Below, piece by piece: positions 62,686-64,000 of a stretch of DNA of 64,000 nucleotides; the stretch's first letter is position 1, and the number at the start of each line of letters is the position of its first letter. Source of the stretch: Bispira polyomma (taxonomy: Eukaryota); assembly GCA_965649765.1 (NCBI GenBank), contig OZ287758.1, positions 34,410,001 to 34,474,000 of the forward strand. Direction: 5' to 3'. The translations under genes were made by a program, and so were the position numbers. A model generated the notes under the pieces. That model saw nothing but the letters and a program-made list of their open reading frames with translations, made no database searches and was not told the origin of the DNA.

Positions 62686-62801
62686 CTGAAAAACCACAAC
62701 ACAAAACATTTAACACCTCGTAAGAAAGTCAATATTATCTCATCATTACCACCACCTTAACAAAACCATGCAACCTAAAATTACTTAAGTAGAGTAATCA
62801 T

Positions 62802-64000
62802 TTAAATGCTTTGGTCTTCTCCTTTCACGCCCCGACCTCGTGGTTGGCATGACATCATCGGGTGAAGGGGTGTCTCTCTGAAAACATCATGCTGGGTAAC
62901 AAGATTTGGAACTAAAGGAACAACATTTTGACTTTCTAGATTGTTATCTTGATTAAAAGGAATAATATCTTGACTCTCTAAATTATCATTATCTTGACTA
63001 AAAGGAATAACATTTTGACTAAAAGGGGAAATATCTAAGTTAGTATCAGATTGACTAAATAACTTATCTAAGTCAAGGGAATCCATGTCAGTCAACCTCT
63101 CTTCAGTCAGGGTAGCGTCTTGATCTTCCGTTTGACTCAACAGTAGGTTCCTTTTCCGCCTCAGCCACAGAGGTACCTCCCTGTCCACACACAACTTCAA
63201 TCTGTCATGACGCACAACAGAACTTTTTTTCCTGTCACATATTCTAAGTAAGATAGGAGAAATTACTTGAGTTACTAAGAACGGACCCTTCCATACTTGT
63301 TGTAATTTAGGACTTTGACCTACTTTCTTTGCCGAATCCAACCTGTAGACTAAATCCCTGACTTTTGTAACATTGAACTTTTCGCCTCATATCATAATCA
63401 TTCTTCTGGCATATTTGAAAAGATAACAGATTCTCCCGAGCGATTTGATGGACTTGTCTGAGGATATTCTTCATCCTGATTACATACTCTGATGAAGTGA
63501 GACTAGATTCTTCTATACCTCCCATCATTACATCTAGTGGTAGAATAACTTCTCTCCCCAACATCATTAGATTTGGTGTGAAACCGGTGTTTCTGTTCAT
63601 TGTAGAACGGATAGCTCCAGCTAACTGTTGCAGATGTTCGTCCCAATGCTGTTGGTTACCCTTGAGGAAACATCTGGTTAGTTGAAGTAATGTTCGATTG
63701 TACCGCTCCACCTGCCCGTTGGAACATGGCCGATATGGTGTCGTTCTTGTTTTGGCTATTTGTAGCAACTCGCAGACAGAAGCAAATAGTCGACCATCAA
63801 AGTTTTTACCTTGGTTTGTATGTATTTCAACAGGGCATCCAAAACGGAAAATGAAACCATCCACGAGACATCTGGCCACTTGCTTTGCATTTTGAAGTGG
63901 TAGTGGAAAACACTCCAGCCATTTAGTGAACTGGTCCACAATCATAAGCACATATTGGTTCCCTTTGGCACTCGGTGTGAATGGCCTTAATATATCTACA
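62802..64000 (-). mobile_element. Ty3/Gypsy pol integrase and C-terminal domain (frameshifted, continues beyond the window)
   Basis: DILGP, VDQFTKW, HTNQGKNF, PCSNGQVER, TGFTP, WKGPF (GPY/F) motifs. Confidence 0.93.

Noticed and set aside
62010-62760. Overlapping plus-strand ORFs of 237 and 163 aa
   Set aside because: Antisense shadows of the GC-rich minus-strand ORF; no recognisable motifs

Overview
AT-rich, repeat-dense animal genomic DNA. The repeat types suggest a lophotrochozoan or mollusc, which is an inference. The only recognisable host protein gene is the last two coding exons of CHID1 (1080-2778, +). The centrepiece (9.07-27.75 kb, - strand) is a tandem U2 snRNA gene array with no intact U2 copy. 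Three consecutive genes each carry a different, strongly diverged Tx1/Keno-like APE-RT non-LTR retrotransposon at the same site (3' junction at U2 nt 36/37 where visible), directly behind the U2 promoter. Two of the three families share a near-identical degenerate U2-mimic leader. All three share a conserved 39-nt block after the ORF1 stop that reads GYG(M/L)(D/G)RT(D/G)G with mostly synonymous changes. Further right lie an L1-like remnant followed by an SGNH-hydrolase ORF, a tyrosine-recombinase (DIRS/Ngaro-type) retrotransposon whose recombinase appears to be made by splicing, assorted SINE, MITE, Helentron and foldback elements, and the 3' half of a Ty3/Gypsy element carrying a long TatD-DNase ORF in the env position.
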